Assembly (NCBI GenBank): GCA_044378095.1
Contig: JBILXX010000005.1
Span: 55 to 64,054, forward strand
DNA: 64,000 nucleotides
Source: Polaromonas sp.
Lineage (GTDB): Bacteria; Pseudomonadota; Gammaproteobacteria; Burkholderiales; Burkholderiaceae_C
Reading direction: 5' to 3'
Shown here: positions 8,242 through 16,905 of the stretch, piece after piece
How positions within the stretch are numbered: position 1 is the stretch's first letter
Layout of the letters: each line of letters begins with the position of its first letter
The notes under the pieces: generated by a model
What the model was told of the DNA's origin: nothing
Seen by the model: only the letters and a program-made list of their open reading frames with translations
Databases searched by the model: none
Position numbers and translations under genes: made by a program

Positions 8242-9999
8242 CTACTTCACTGCTAACACAAGTGCAATCAGTTTGTTGAAAAAATCATGCACATCCTGAT
8301 GAATTTCGTCTGCCGTCATGACAGCTGCAACCCGTTCACGTGGCAACTCAATAGATGGATCGCCATTTCGCAGCGTGTGAAACAAAGACGCATCATTTTT
8401 GAAAAGAATCCGCTTGCCATCCACCTGTTGGAAGATGTTTGCGGAAACATCCCGCCAGTTTTTACCTCGGGGCAGCGTTAAATTTTCGTTAGCAAAAAAC
8501 TCATCGACTGATTGCATGACGCTAGCTGCGAATAAGTCATCTTCCCCAATCTGCAGACTTTGAGCCACCGCCCGCCGCCAGGCTGGCGCGACAAGCAGAT
8601 AGTTTTCAATGTTTTTTCGGCGCCACTCTGCAAGTGAAGGGTTATCTGCTTCGGGATGAAATGCCTCATCTTGACTGTCGAAGTCAAACAACATGAGATG
8701 TTGCACAGAGGGAATAATCTGTTTGAGTGCAGCGAAATGTTCCTTCGCAACTTTTTTCATTTCTGATTTACTGCCACCGCCCATGACTTTAAAGTGAATC
8801 TTGTCCATCACTGGCAGCGCATTGCATTGCTCTGCCCAAGCTCGAAGAATGCGCTCATCGCTCTCGCCTTCGACATAGACGATGTAAGGAGAACCTAGAA
8901 GTAACGCGATATCTTCATTGGATACTTCTGCCATAGCGCGTAACACTTCGGGTGTGGACTCAATACGCGTTGGTGCCTGCTTAAGCAAGGACAAAATTTG
9001 CTTTGGGTCTACACCTTTTGCAAATTCTTCTGCGTGTGTGGCGATAAGAAATTGCACGCCGTTTTCTGCTGATTTTTTTTTGAAATACTCCAGAATTTCA
9101 CGCTGCAAGTTCACGTGAAGGTGCGCATCAGGCTCATCCAGCAGCATCGTCGTCGGTTGGTAGCCATAAAAGAATGCCAGCAGTGTCAATGTCTGGTGAA
9201 AGCCGCTGCCACCGGCAATGATGTCCAAGGCTTTGTTATTCCGAATGCTGTCTGAAGCGACCTTTTTTGAATACTCTACTTTGATGTGAATGTCCTTTCC
9301 GTCTTCATATCTGGGACGCGCGAGGGTCACTGAGAACCAACGCTCCACGGTGCTGACCAGCTCAAGCCAATCGGGTGGCAGCGGCGTATTTTTAGTGGCA
9401 GGCGTGCCCGCAGGACACACGCGCAGCAATAAATTTCTGAGCACGCTGCCCGGTTGTCCTTTGCCTACTTGCTGGCGTATCGGCCCATCATCAAGCCGCT
9501 TTTCCATCGGCTCCAAGCCCGAAAACGGTGGAACATAAGCAATTTTAGGCAGCGACTGTTCGCAATCGCGAAACTTAGTCCAACCGCCGGCGGGTATGGC
9601 ATACAAGGTTTGACTGGTTTGAAAGCGCAGCTGAACTCCGAACTCACGCTCATGTTGATCGGAATCCCGCCAGTAGACGACGATATCAATCAGAATTAGT
9701 TTTGGCGGGCTTTTTTCAGCTGTACGTCCAAGGCCTACAACTTGGTCTTTCCAAAGCAGCCTGAACGCAGGAACCGGCAATGCCGTAAAGCTCGGCAAAA
9801 TGATTTGAATACCTTTTGATCCTCCGACCTTTCCTTGCTCGCTAGAAAATCCGTCCACGCAAAACTGCCAAATCGCCAACGCCTGCAAAACAGTGCTTTT
9901 ACCGCTGTTGTTACGCCCCACCAGCAAATCGAAGTCCTTAAATTCATACGATTGCTCGCTGATGCTTTTGAAGTTGCGTAGTGTCAGTTTGTGAATCAT
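8242..9999 (-). CDS. ABC-type ATPase plus TOPRIM nuclease (OLD family-like), stand-alone
   Basis: LTLRNFKSI, Walker A VGRNNSGKS, signature-like GGSGFHQ, Walker B LLDEPDAHLH, IATH; TOPRIM IVYVEGESDE, DxD (FDFD), RRKNIENYL. Visibly AT-richer than its flanks. Confidence 0.8.
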   Translation of the reverse strand: MIHKLTLRNFKSISEQSYEFKDFDLLVGRNNSGKSTVLQALAIWQFCVDGFSSEQGKVGGSKGIQIILPSFTALPVPAFRLLWKDQVVGLGRTAEKSPPKLILIDIVVYWRDSDQHEREFGVQLRFQTSQTLYAIPAGGWTKFRDCEQSLPKIAYVPPFSGLEPMEKRLDDGPIRQQVGKGQPGSVLRNLLLRVCPAGTPATKNTPLPPDWLELVSTVERWFSVTLARPRYEDGKDIHIKVEYSKKVASDSIRNNKALDIIAGGSGFHQTLTLLAFFYGYQPTTMLLDEPDAHLHVNLQREILEYFKKKSAENGVQFLIATHAEEFAKGVDPKQILSLLKQAPTRIESTPEVLRAMAEVSNEDIALLLGSPYIVYVEGESDERILRAWAEQCNALPVMDKIHFKVMGGGSKSEMKKVAKEHFAALKQIIPSVQHLMLFDFDSQDEAFHPEADNPSLAEWRRKNIENYLLVAPAWRRAVAQSLQIGEDDLFAASVMQSVDEFFANENLTLPRGKNWRDVSANIFQQVDGKRILFKNDASLFHTLRNGDPSIELPRERVAAVMTADEIHQDVHDFFNKLIALVLAVK

Positions 10000-10142
10000 T
10001 TAAACAGCCTTGTTTTTACAACCTTGCAAGTATTGTGCGCTACGCTATCGGTCAAGCAAATACTGATTTTCTATACCCTGTCTGCTGATATTGGCGCGAA
10101 TTGCCAAAAATTTCGAGTCAATTCGGATTCTGAAGGTATGTA

Positions 10143-10394
10143 TCTTTAGCTCCCCACTGGCAAAACGTTCCGCAACCCGTTTGGGACTTCACCATTGGCG
10201 GCTACCAGGTCATGAAAAAATGGCTCAGCTACCGTGAGCAGCGGGTGCTGGGCCGGGCGCTCACGATGGCCGAGATCATGGAAGTCACCGCGATGGCCAG
10301 GCGGCTGGCCGCGCTGGTGGGGCTGCAAGCTGCACTGGACGCCAATTACAAGGCGGTGGCGGTTGCAACCTGGACGTTTGGCAACGCAGACTGA
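10143..10394 (+). pseudogene. C-terminal remnant of a Type ISP restriction-modification enzyme
   Basis: The frame of the 10212 ORF reads HWQNVPQPVWDFTIGGYQVMKKWLSYREQRVLGRALT...RRLAALVGLQAALDANY, a typical Type ISP C-terminus. In-frame TGA at 10131; the rest of the gene is absent. Confidence 0.75.
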
Positions 10395-10403
10395 AATTTA
10401 AAT

Positions 10404-10460
10404 GCTATTAGTTCAGTAGCTACTTGCGCCCGTATTTATTGGTTTTCAGGTCTATTTGAC
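10404..10460 (+). repeat. Dispersed repeat family A, copy 3
   Basis: GCTATTAGTTCAGTAGCTACTTGCGCCCGTATTTATTGG. Confidence 0.9.
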
Positions 10461-10645
10461 AGGTAAAATGGCTTAAAAGCATCAAAAATGAGCCAAAAAT
10501 CCAATAATGACCACCAACACCTGCCCAGCAGGGCTTAAAGCCGACAAAACAAGGCAACTACTTGGCTTGAAGACGGCCGCACAGGCCGTTGTGTGGCAAG
10601 ATTCCTCTGTCAATTTAGACTTTCACAACTCAAAACCGAAATCAC

Positions 10646-10966
10646 ATGACCCATACCAATCGCCGCACCTTCATCATTCACACGGCCGCTGGCGCTTCTG
10701 CGCTGGTCGCTGGCCATGCCATGGCTCAGGCAGCTGCGCCTATGGTCAATGAAAAAGACCCAGCTGCCGCTGGCTTGGGCTACGCCGCGGACACCACCAA
10801 GGTCGATGCCAAAAAGTACCCCAAGCACACCAAAGAGCAAAATTGCGCCAACTGCCAGTTGTACACAGGCAAACCCAAAGAAGCCGCCGGCCCTTGCCCA
10901 CTGTTTGCTGGCAAGCAAGTCACGGCCAAGGGCTGGTGCAGTGCCTGGGTCAAGAAAGCGGCCTGA
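10646..10966 (+). CDS. High-potential iron-sulfur protein (HiPIP) with Tat signal
   Basis: Tat NRRTFII signal; VNEKDPAAAGLGY; four Cys in CANCQLY...CPLF...GWC. Confidence 0.93.
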   Translation: MTHTNRRTFIIHTAAGASALVAGHAMAQAAAPMVNEKDPAAAGLGYAADTTKVDAKKYPKHTKEQNCANCQLYTGKPKEAAGPCPLFAGKQVTAKGWCSAWVKKAA

Positions 10967-11038
10967 GTGAGCCAGCGGGCGCGAATAGCCCCGCACAACT
11001 GGCCAAGCGGCCAGACTTGGCAGGCTTCATCGGCTCCG

Positions 11039-11071
11039 GATTCATGTCCCGACATAATAGTGACATGAATC
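11039..11071. promoter_or_regulatory. Perfect 10-bp inverted repeat GATTCATGTC-N13-GACATGAATC upstream of ccmA, with -10-like CATAAT in the spacer
   Basis: Read directly; nested ATGTC-CC-GACAT at 11044-11055. Regulatory role inferred. Confidence 0.5.
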
Positions 11072-11097
11072 AGACCTGATACCCGCTGAAGCAAACT

Positions 11098-11748
11098 TTG
11101 ACCACCCTGCCAGACACTTTTAAAACGCCGAACGCCCTTACTTTGAGTGAGCTGAGCTGCACACGGGGTGGCCGCCAGCTCTTCAGTGGTGTCACGCACC
11201 AGGTGTTGCCAGGCCAACTTTTGCGGGTAAAAGGACTCAACGGTGCGGGTAAAACCAGCCTGCTGAGGATGCTGTGTGGCTTGCTGTTGCCCAGCAGCGG
11301 CCAGGTGTTGTGGCGTGGAAAGCAAATCTCCGCTCATCGAGAAAGTTTCGGACAAGACTTGGTGTACCTGGGTCATGCCGCTGCTTTGAAAGACGAGCTG
11401 TCACCGCTTGAAAACTTGTTGGACGCTTGCGCACTGGGCGGGCGGGCGCCTGACGCTGCGGCTGCGATGACCGCCCTGCGAGCCGCAGGCCTGCGCGGCC
11501 ATGAGCGAACGGCCGCACGCCGACTGTCACAAGGCCAAAAGAGGCGCAGCGCCCTGGCACGGCTGGCCTTGAGCCAACACGCCCCGCTGTGGATTCTGGA
11601 CGAGCCCTTCAACGCACTGGACACCGCCGCCAATGCCTGGCTGACGAGCCTGATCGAAGCGCATTTGCACCGTGCAGGCATGGTGATATTGACCAGCCAC
11701 CAAGACACGCCAATATCCGCGCGCAACCAGCAGGACTTGACGCTATGA
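11098..11748 (+). CDS. ccmA: Heme ABC exporter ATP-binding subunit CcmA
   Basis: GLNGAGKT, LSQGQKRR, WILDEPFNALD, LTSHQ; first gene of the ccm operon. Confidence 0.93.
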   Translation: MTTLPDTFKTPNALTLSELSCTRGGRQLFSGVTHQVLPGQLLRVKGLNGAGKTSLLRMLCGLLLPSSGQVLWRGKQISAHRESFGQDLVYLGHAAALKDELSPLENLLDACALGGRAPDAAAAMTALRAAGLRGHERTAARRLSQGQKRRSALARLALSQHAPLWILDEPFNALDTAANAWLTSLIEAHLHRAGMVILTSHQDTPISARNQQDLTL

Positions 11749-12410
11749 CAGGGCTGTTGGTGGTTCTGCGTCGTGACCTGCGCGTGGCGCTGCGCAGGCG
11801 CAGCGATACGTTTTCAACACTGATTTTTTTTGTGATGGTGGTCAGCCTGTTTCCGCTGGGTGTGGGGCCTGAACCGCAATTGCTGCGCACCATGGCACCC
11901 GGCGTGTTGTGGGTCGCTGCCATGCTGGCATCCATGCTGTCGCTGCCGCGCCTGTTTGCTGACGACCACGCCGACGGAACTTTAGAGCAGCTGCTGCTGT
12001 CAACACATTCGCTGGCCTGGCTGGTGCTGGGCAAAACGCTGGCGCATTGGGTTGGTTCGGGTTTGCCTCTGGTGTTGTTGTCTCCTGTGCTGGCTTTGCA
12101 GTTTGACTTGTCTGCCTCGGCTACCGGGGTACTGGTGCTGTCGCTGCTGCTGGGCACGCCCATTCTGAGTCTGGTGGGCGCGATGGGCGCAGCGCTGACG
12201 GTTGGCTTGCGCGGCTCCAGCGTTTTACTGTCTTTGCTGGTGTTGCCTTTAACAATTCCAGTGCTGATTTTTGGCGCAGGAGCTGTTGAGGCTCACACCG
12301 CTGGCTTGGGGGTAGCGGGGCATTTCTCTTTGTTGGGTGCGCTGCTGATTGTGAGCGGGATGGCATCGCCTTGGGTTGCGGCGGCTGCGCTGCGGATTTC
12401 AATGGAATAA
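11745..12410 (+). CDS. ccmB: Heme exporter protein CcmB
   Basis: LFPLGVGP, FADDHADGTLEQL, LVLPLTIPVLIFG; ATGA overlap with ccmA. Confidence 0.93.
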   Translation: MTGLLVVLRRDLRVALRRRSDTFSTLIFFVMVVSLFPLGVGPEPQLLRTMAPGVLWVAAMLASMLSLPRLFADDHADGTLEQLLLSTHSLAWLVLGKTLAHWVGSGLPLVLLSPVLALQFDLSASATGVLVLSLLLGTPILSLVGAMGAALTVGLRGSSVLLSLLVLPLTIPVLIFGAGAVEAHTAGLGVAGHFSLLGALLIVSGMASPWVAAAALRISME

Positions 12411-12461
12411 CAATTGGTCGTGCTGAATAAAATACCAGACAAGAATTAGGAATTTAAGCAA

Positions 12462-13205
12462 GTGCCCACAAGCAATATCAACTGGTTTTACTTTGCCGCG
12501 CCGCAACGCTTTTACCCACTGGCGGGCAAACTTGTGCCATGGTTTACGGCGGCTGGCATCCTGCTGGCGGCTTATGGCCTGTATTTGGGCTTGTGGGTTG
12601 CACCGACCGATGCAACCCAGGGGCAGGCCTACAGGATCATCTATGTCCATGTCCCCACCGCCTGGATGTCGATGGTGATTTATGTCGCCATGGCAGGTTG
12701 GGCTGGCGCGGGGCTGGTGTTTAATTCGCGCCTGTCGTCCATGATGGCTTGCGCGCTGGCGCCGACAGGTGCTTTGATGACGTTTTTGGCACTGTGGACT
12801 GGCGCACTATGGGGCAAGCCCACGTGGGGCACGTGGTGGGTGTGGGACGCACGCCTGACCTCTGAACTGGTGCTGCTGTTTTTGTACATCGGCTTCATGT
12901 CGCTTCATGCATCCATTGACGACGTACGACGTGCTGACCGTGCCGCCGGGCTGCTGGCGTTGATTGGCGTTGTCAATGTCCCGATCATTTACTTTTCAGT
13001 CAAATGGTGGAATACCCTGCACCAAGGCGCGTCCATCACCATCAAGGGCTCTAGCATGGCCACGCCCATGTTGATGGGTATGCTGGTCATGGCGCTGGCA
13101 TTTTGGGCCTACTGCATTGCATTGGCCTTGATGCGGGTACGGGTGATTATTCTGGATCGTGAGCGCCACACGGCATGGGCGCGCGCCGAGATGGGAGCAG
13201 ATTGA
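12462..13205 (+). CDS. ccmC: Heme exporter / holo-CcmE synthase CcmC
   Basis: YRIIYVHVP, WWD motif WGKPTWGTWWVWDARLT, WWNTLHQ. Confidence 0.96.
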   Translation: MPTSNINWFYFAAPQRFYPLAGKLVPWFTAAGILLAAYGLYLGLWVAPTDATQGQAYRIIYVHVPTAWMSMVIYVAMAGWAGAGLVFNSRLSSMMACALAPTGALMTFLALWTGALWGKPTWGTWWVWDARLTSELVLLFLYIGFMSLHASIDDVRRADRAAGLLALIGVVNVPIIYFSVKWWNTLHQGASITIKGSSMATPMLMGMLVMALAFWAYCIALALMRVRVIILDRERHTAWARAEMGAD

Positions 13206-13387
13206 TGTGGAACAGCTGGTCTGACTTTTTGGCCATGGGCGGCTATGGCTTGTTTGTTTGGGGCTCGCTTGGGGTGTGCGCGCTGGTCTGCGTGTTTGAG
13301 CCGATTTTGCTTAACCTCAGACGCCGTGCGCTTTTGGCTGAGGTGCGTGAGCAAGGGGCACTAGACAAGGGACAATCAGAATTATGA
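13205..13387 (+). CDS. ccmD: Heme exporter protein CcmD
   Basis: [14 protein letters not shown], single TM, basic tail; coupled to ccmC and ccmE. Confidence 0.9.
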   Translation: MWNSWSDFLAMGGYGLFVWGSLGVCALVCVFEPILLNLRRRALLAEVREQGALDKGQSEL

Positions 13388-13848
13388 AACCTAGAAGCAA
13401 ACGTTTGATCGCCATTGCCTGTGGGCTCGCAGCCTTGGGCGTGGCCACTGCGTTGGTATTGAACGCATTTAACAGCAACCTTGTGTTTTTCTTCAGTCCC
13501 ACGCAAGTCGCGGCAAATGAAGCGCCCCAAGGCCGCAGCTTTCGCATTGGCGGTCTGGTTGAAGAAGGCAGCATCAAACGCGAAACCCAGGGCCTGACCA
13601 CACGGTTTGTTGTCACCGATTTGGCCAAGACCATTCCCGTCACTTATACCGGTCTGCTGCCCGATTTGTTCAAAGAAGGCAAGGGCGTGGTGGCACAGGG
13701 CAAGCTCGGGGCTGACGGCATCTTCAGGGCCGACCAGGTGCTGGCCAAGCATGATGAAAACTACATGCCGCCCGAAGCCGCCGATGCGTTGGCAAAAGCC
13801 AAAGCAGGCGCTCCCCAGCAGACCAGCAAAACGCTGAAGCCGTATTAA
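13384..13848 (+). CDS. ccmE: Heme chaperone CcmE
   Basis: [22 protein letters not shown], canonical HxxxY (AKHDENY). Confidence 0.96.
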   Translation: MKPRSKRLIAIACGLAALGVATALVLNAFNSNLVFFFSPTQVAANEAPQGRSFRIGGLVEEGSIKRETQGLTTRFVVTDLAKTIPVTYTGLLPDLFKEGKGVVAQGKLGADGIFRADQVLAKHDENYMPPEAADALAKAKAGAPQQTSKTLKPY

Positions 13849-13882
13849 ACCCGTTTCAAACATTTTTAATTGAGCGCACCCC

Positions 13883-15898
13883 ATGATCAGTGAACTTGGA
13901 CACTTCGCCTTAATTTTGGCCTTCATGATGGCACTGTCGCAAAGCGTGCTGCCGCTGATTGGCGCGCACACAGGAAACGCTGCGTGGATGGCGCTGGCAC
14001 GACCATCTGCGCGTGGGCAATTTTTGTTTATCGCCATTTCATATGGCTGCCTGACGTACGCCTTCGTTACCAACGATTTTTCAGTTCAATTGGCGGCGCA
14101 GCATTCCAACAGCATGTTGCCCATGATGTACAAAGTCACTGCTGTGTGGGGCAACCACGAAGGTTCGATTTTGCTGTGGTCATTGATCATGGGTGGCTGG
14201 ACGCTAGCTGTCTCTATTTTTTCCAAACAGCTTGATGACCGCATGATTGCCCGGGTACTGGGCGTGATGGGATTGGTGAGCTGCGGCTTTATTTTGTTCA
14301 CACTGCTAACGTCCAACCCGTTTACCCGCCTGCTGCCTGCTGCGCCTGACGGGCAAGACCTGAACCCGCTGCTGCAAGACCCGGGCATGATCATTCACCC
14401 ACCCATGCTCTACATGGGCTATGTTGGTTTTGTAGTGGCGTTTGCGTTTGCGATTGCAGCGCTGCTGTCGGGCCGGCTGGACGCAGCCTGGGCGCGCTGG
14501 TCACGGCCCTGGACGACGGTTGCCTGGTGCTTTTTAACGCTTGGCATTGCGCTAGGAAGCTTTTGGGCTTACTACGAGCTGGGCTGGGGCGGCTGGTGGT
14601 TTTGGGATCCTGTTGAAAACGCCTCCTTCATGCCATGGCTGGTGGGCACAGCGCTGATTCACTCATTGGCAGTGACTGAAAAGCGTGGCGGCTTCAAAAT
14701 GTGGACGGCATTGCTGGCCATCATGACTTTTTCGCTCTCACTGCTGGGTGCTTTCATTGTTCGCTCGGGCGTACTGAGTTCTGTTCATGCGTTTGCAACT
14801 GACCCGGAGCGGGGTATCTTCATTTTGATTTTTCTTGTGTTAGTGGTCGGAAGCTCGCTGGCGCTGTTTGCGTGGCGCGCACCACGGGTCGGTTTGGGAG
14901 GCAGCTTTGAGCCAGTTTCGCGCGAATCCATGCTGCTGGCGAATAATGTTCTGCTGGTGGTGGCCGCAGCCGCTGTACTGTTGGGCACGCTTTACCCACT
15001 TGTGATTGACGCACTGGGTATGGGCAAGTTGTCGGTTGGACCACCGTACTTTGTGGCGGTATTTGTGCCGCTGATAGCGCCGGCTCTGTTCTTGATGGGC
15101 GTGGGCCCGATGACGCGCTGGCGTCAGGCTGAGGTGATGGACCTGACCAAACGGCTGCGCTGGGCGATTGGTGTCAGCGTGGCGAGTGCCATCATTGCGC
15201 CTATGGTGCTGGGGACATGGAAGCCCATGACAGGTTTGGGTTTGCTGCTGGCCGTCTGGGTTGGCAGTACGGCTGTGGTGAACCTGATTGACAAAGTGCG
15301 TGAGCACCGCTCACCCAGCTGGCTGACCCGCTTCGCATCGCTGCCGGGTAGCTACTACGGCATGTTGTTGGCACACTTTGGCATTGCCGTGTTCATCCTC
15401 GGCGTGACAGTGGTCAGCAGCTTTCAAAGCGAAAACGATGTGCGCATGGAGCCGGGTGAAACGGCCGCCGTCGGCGGCTTCACCTTCAAACTGGACCAGG
15501 TGGTGCAATCCAAGGGCCCCAACTTCACGTCAGCCAAAGCCACCCTCACTGTGACGGATGGCGAAAAAATTATAGCTACCCTGCGGCCAGAACGCCGCTT
15601 CTACACCGTACGCAGCATGCCGATGACTGAGGTAGCGATTGACCGGGGTGTGACGCGCGATTTGTATGTGGCATTGGGCGAGCCCGTCAGCGCCACAGCC
15701 TGGAGTGTTCGCCTGCATTACAAGCCGTTCGTTAACTGGATCTGGTTTGGCTGCGTGTTGATGGCACTTGGCGGCTTGTTGGCAGTGCTGGACAGGCGCT
15801 ACCGGGCTGTCAAGGTGGCAGCCAAGAAAGCGTCGCCTGTTGTTGAGCCTTCTGAGGGAATGCCCGCAACACCTGTTACAGCAAAAGTCCAAGCCTGA
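13883..15898 (+). CDS. ccmF: Cytochrome c synthase CcmF
   Basis: WGNHEGS, LNPLLQD, IHPPMLY, WGGWWFWDPVENASF, SVHAFA. Confidence 0.97.
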   Translation: MISELGHFALILAFMMALSQSVLPLIGAHTGNAAWMALARPSARGQFLFIAISYGCLTYAFVTNDFSVQLAAQHSNSMLPMMYKVTAVWGNHEGSILLWSLIMGGWTLAVSIFSKQLDDRMIARVLGVMGLVSCGFILFTLLTSNPFTRLLPAAPDGQDLNPLLQDPGMIIHPPMLYMGYVGFVVAFAFAIAALLSGRLDAAWARWSRPWTTVAWCFLTLGIALGSFWAYYELGWGGWWFWDPVENASFMPWLVGTALIHSLAVTEKRGGFKMWTALLAIMTFSLSLLGAFIVRSGVLSSVHAFATDPERGIFILIFLVLVVGSSLALFAWRAPRVGLGGSFEPVSRESMLLANNVLLVVAAAAVLLGTLYPLVIDALGMGKLSVGPPYFVAVFVPLIAPALFLMGVGPMTRWRQAEVMDLTKRLRWAIGVSVASAIIAPMVLGTWKPMTGLGLLLAVWVGSTAVVNLIDKVREHRSPSWLTRFASLPGSYYGMLLAHFGIAVFILGVTVVSSFQSENDVRMEPGETAAVGGFTFKLDQVVQSKGPNFTSAKATLTVTDGEKIIATLRPERRFYTVRSMPMTEVAIDRGVTRDLYVALGEPVSATAWSVRLHYKPFVNWIWFGCVLMALGGLLAVLDRRYRAVKVAAKKASPVVEPSEGMPATPVTAKVQA

Positions 15899-16437
15899 TG
15901 AACAGCGTCACCTTCAAGCGGTTTTTACCGCTCGGCATTTTTATCGTGCTGGTCGGCTTTTTGGCGATTGGCCTGACGCTCAACCAGCGTGAAGTGCCTT
16001 CTCCACTGATCAATAAACCTGTGCCGCAATTCAAATTGTCCGTGCTCAGCGAGCCCAGCAAAACCATTGCAGCGCAGGATATGTTGGGCAAAGTATGGCT
16101 GCTTAATGTGTGGGCATCCTGGTGCGTGGCCTGCCGTATTGAACACCCGCACCTTGTCGAGCTGGCCAAAACTAACCAGGTGCCGATTTACGGCCTGAAC
16201 TACAAAGACAAATCCCCCGCCGCTATTGCGTGGCTGGGTAACTTTGGCAATCCGTATGTTGCTTCGCTTGTCGATGCAGATGGCCTGGTCGGCATCGACC
16301 TGGGTGTGTACGGTGTGCCTGAGACTTTTGTGGTCGACAAGCAAGGCGTGATTCGCTTCAAGCAAATCGGGCCAGTAACACCCGAGGTACTGCGCGACAC
16401 GATTTTGCCGCTGGTTAAAAAACTCTCTGCCGTTTAA
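15898..16437 (+). CDS. ccmG: Thiol:disulfide interchange protein CcmG/DsbE
   Basis: WASWCVAC, YGLNYKD, GVYGVPETF. Confidence 0.95.
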   Translation: MNSVTFKRFLPLGIFIVLVGFLAIGLTLNQREVPSPLINKPVPQFKLSVLSEPSKTIAAQDMLGKVWLLNVWASWCVACRIEHPHLVELAKTNQVPIYGLNYKDKSPAAIAWLGNFGNPYVASLVDADGLVGIDLGVYGVPETFVVDKQGVIRFKQIGPVTPEVLRDTILPLVKKLSAV

Positions 16438-16440
16438 AAC

Positions 16441-16902
16441 ATGAAAGCTTTTTTTATAGCGTTAGCGCTTTGCCTGAGTTTGTCGCTTCAGGCCAAAGTA
16501 GCTCCCAACATATCGGCGGATCCGGTGCTGGAAGCCAAAATGATGGTAATTGCTGAAGAGCTGCGCTGCCTGGTGTGCCAGAACGAAACCATCGCCGCTT
16601 CGAGTGCAGATTTGGCGGTCGATTTGAAGAATCAGATTCGTATCAAGCTTAACGAAGGCCAGTCGCAAAAGCAGATCCTTGATTTTATGGTTGAGCGCTA
16701 CGGCGACTTTGTGCTGTATCGTCCCCCCCTAAAAACCACCACTGTACTGCTCTGGATGGGGCCGTTCGTGCTTTTATTCATAGCGCTGTTCATGCTGGTC
16801 CTCAACGTACGGCGGCGCAGGTTTGCGGTTCAACCCTCCGCCTTGAACGATGCAGATGCCGCCAAGGCACGCGCGCTTTTAGCCACCCCACCTCAAGACT
16901 AA
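16441..16902 (+). CDS. ccmH: Cytochrome c biogenesis protein CcmH (CcmL type)
   Basis: LRCLVCQNE, RYGDFVLYRPP. Confidence 0.95.
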   Translation: MKAFFIALALCLSLSLQAKVAPNISADPVLEAKMMVIAEELRCLVCQNETIAASSADLAVDLKNQIRIKLNEGQSQKQILDFMVERYGDFVLYRPPLKTTTVLLWMGPFVLLFIALFMLVLNVRRRRFAVQPSALNDADAAKARALLATPPQD

Positions 16903-16905
16903 AAA

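Noticed and set aside
9073-9081. A9 tract in the OLD-like gene as a phase-variation switch
   Set aside because: It encodes a Lys run, and similar A/T runs occur in glpD and secY; no evidence of slippage.
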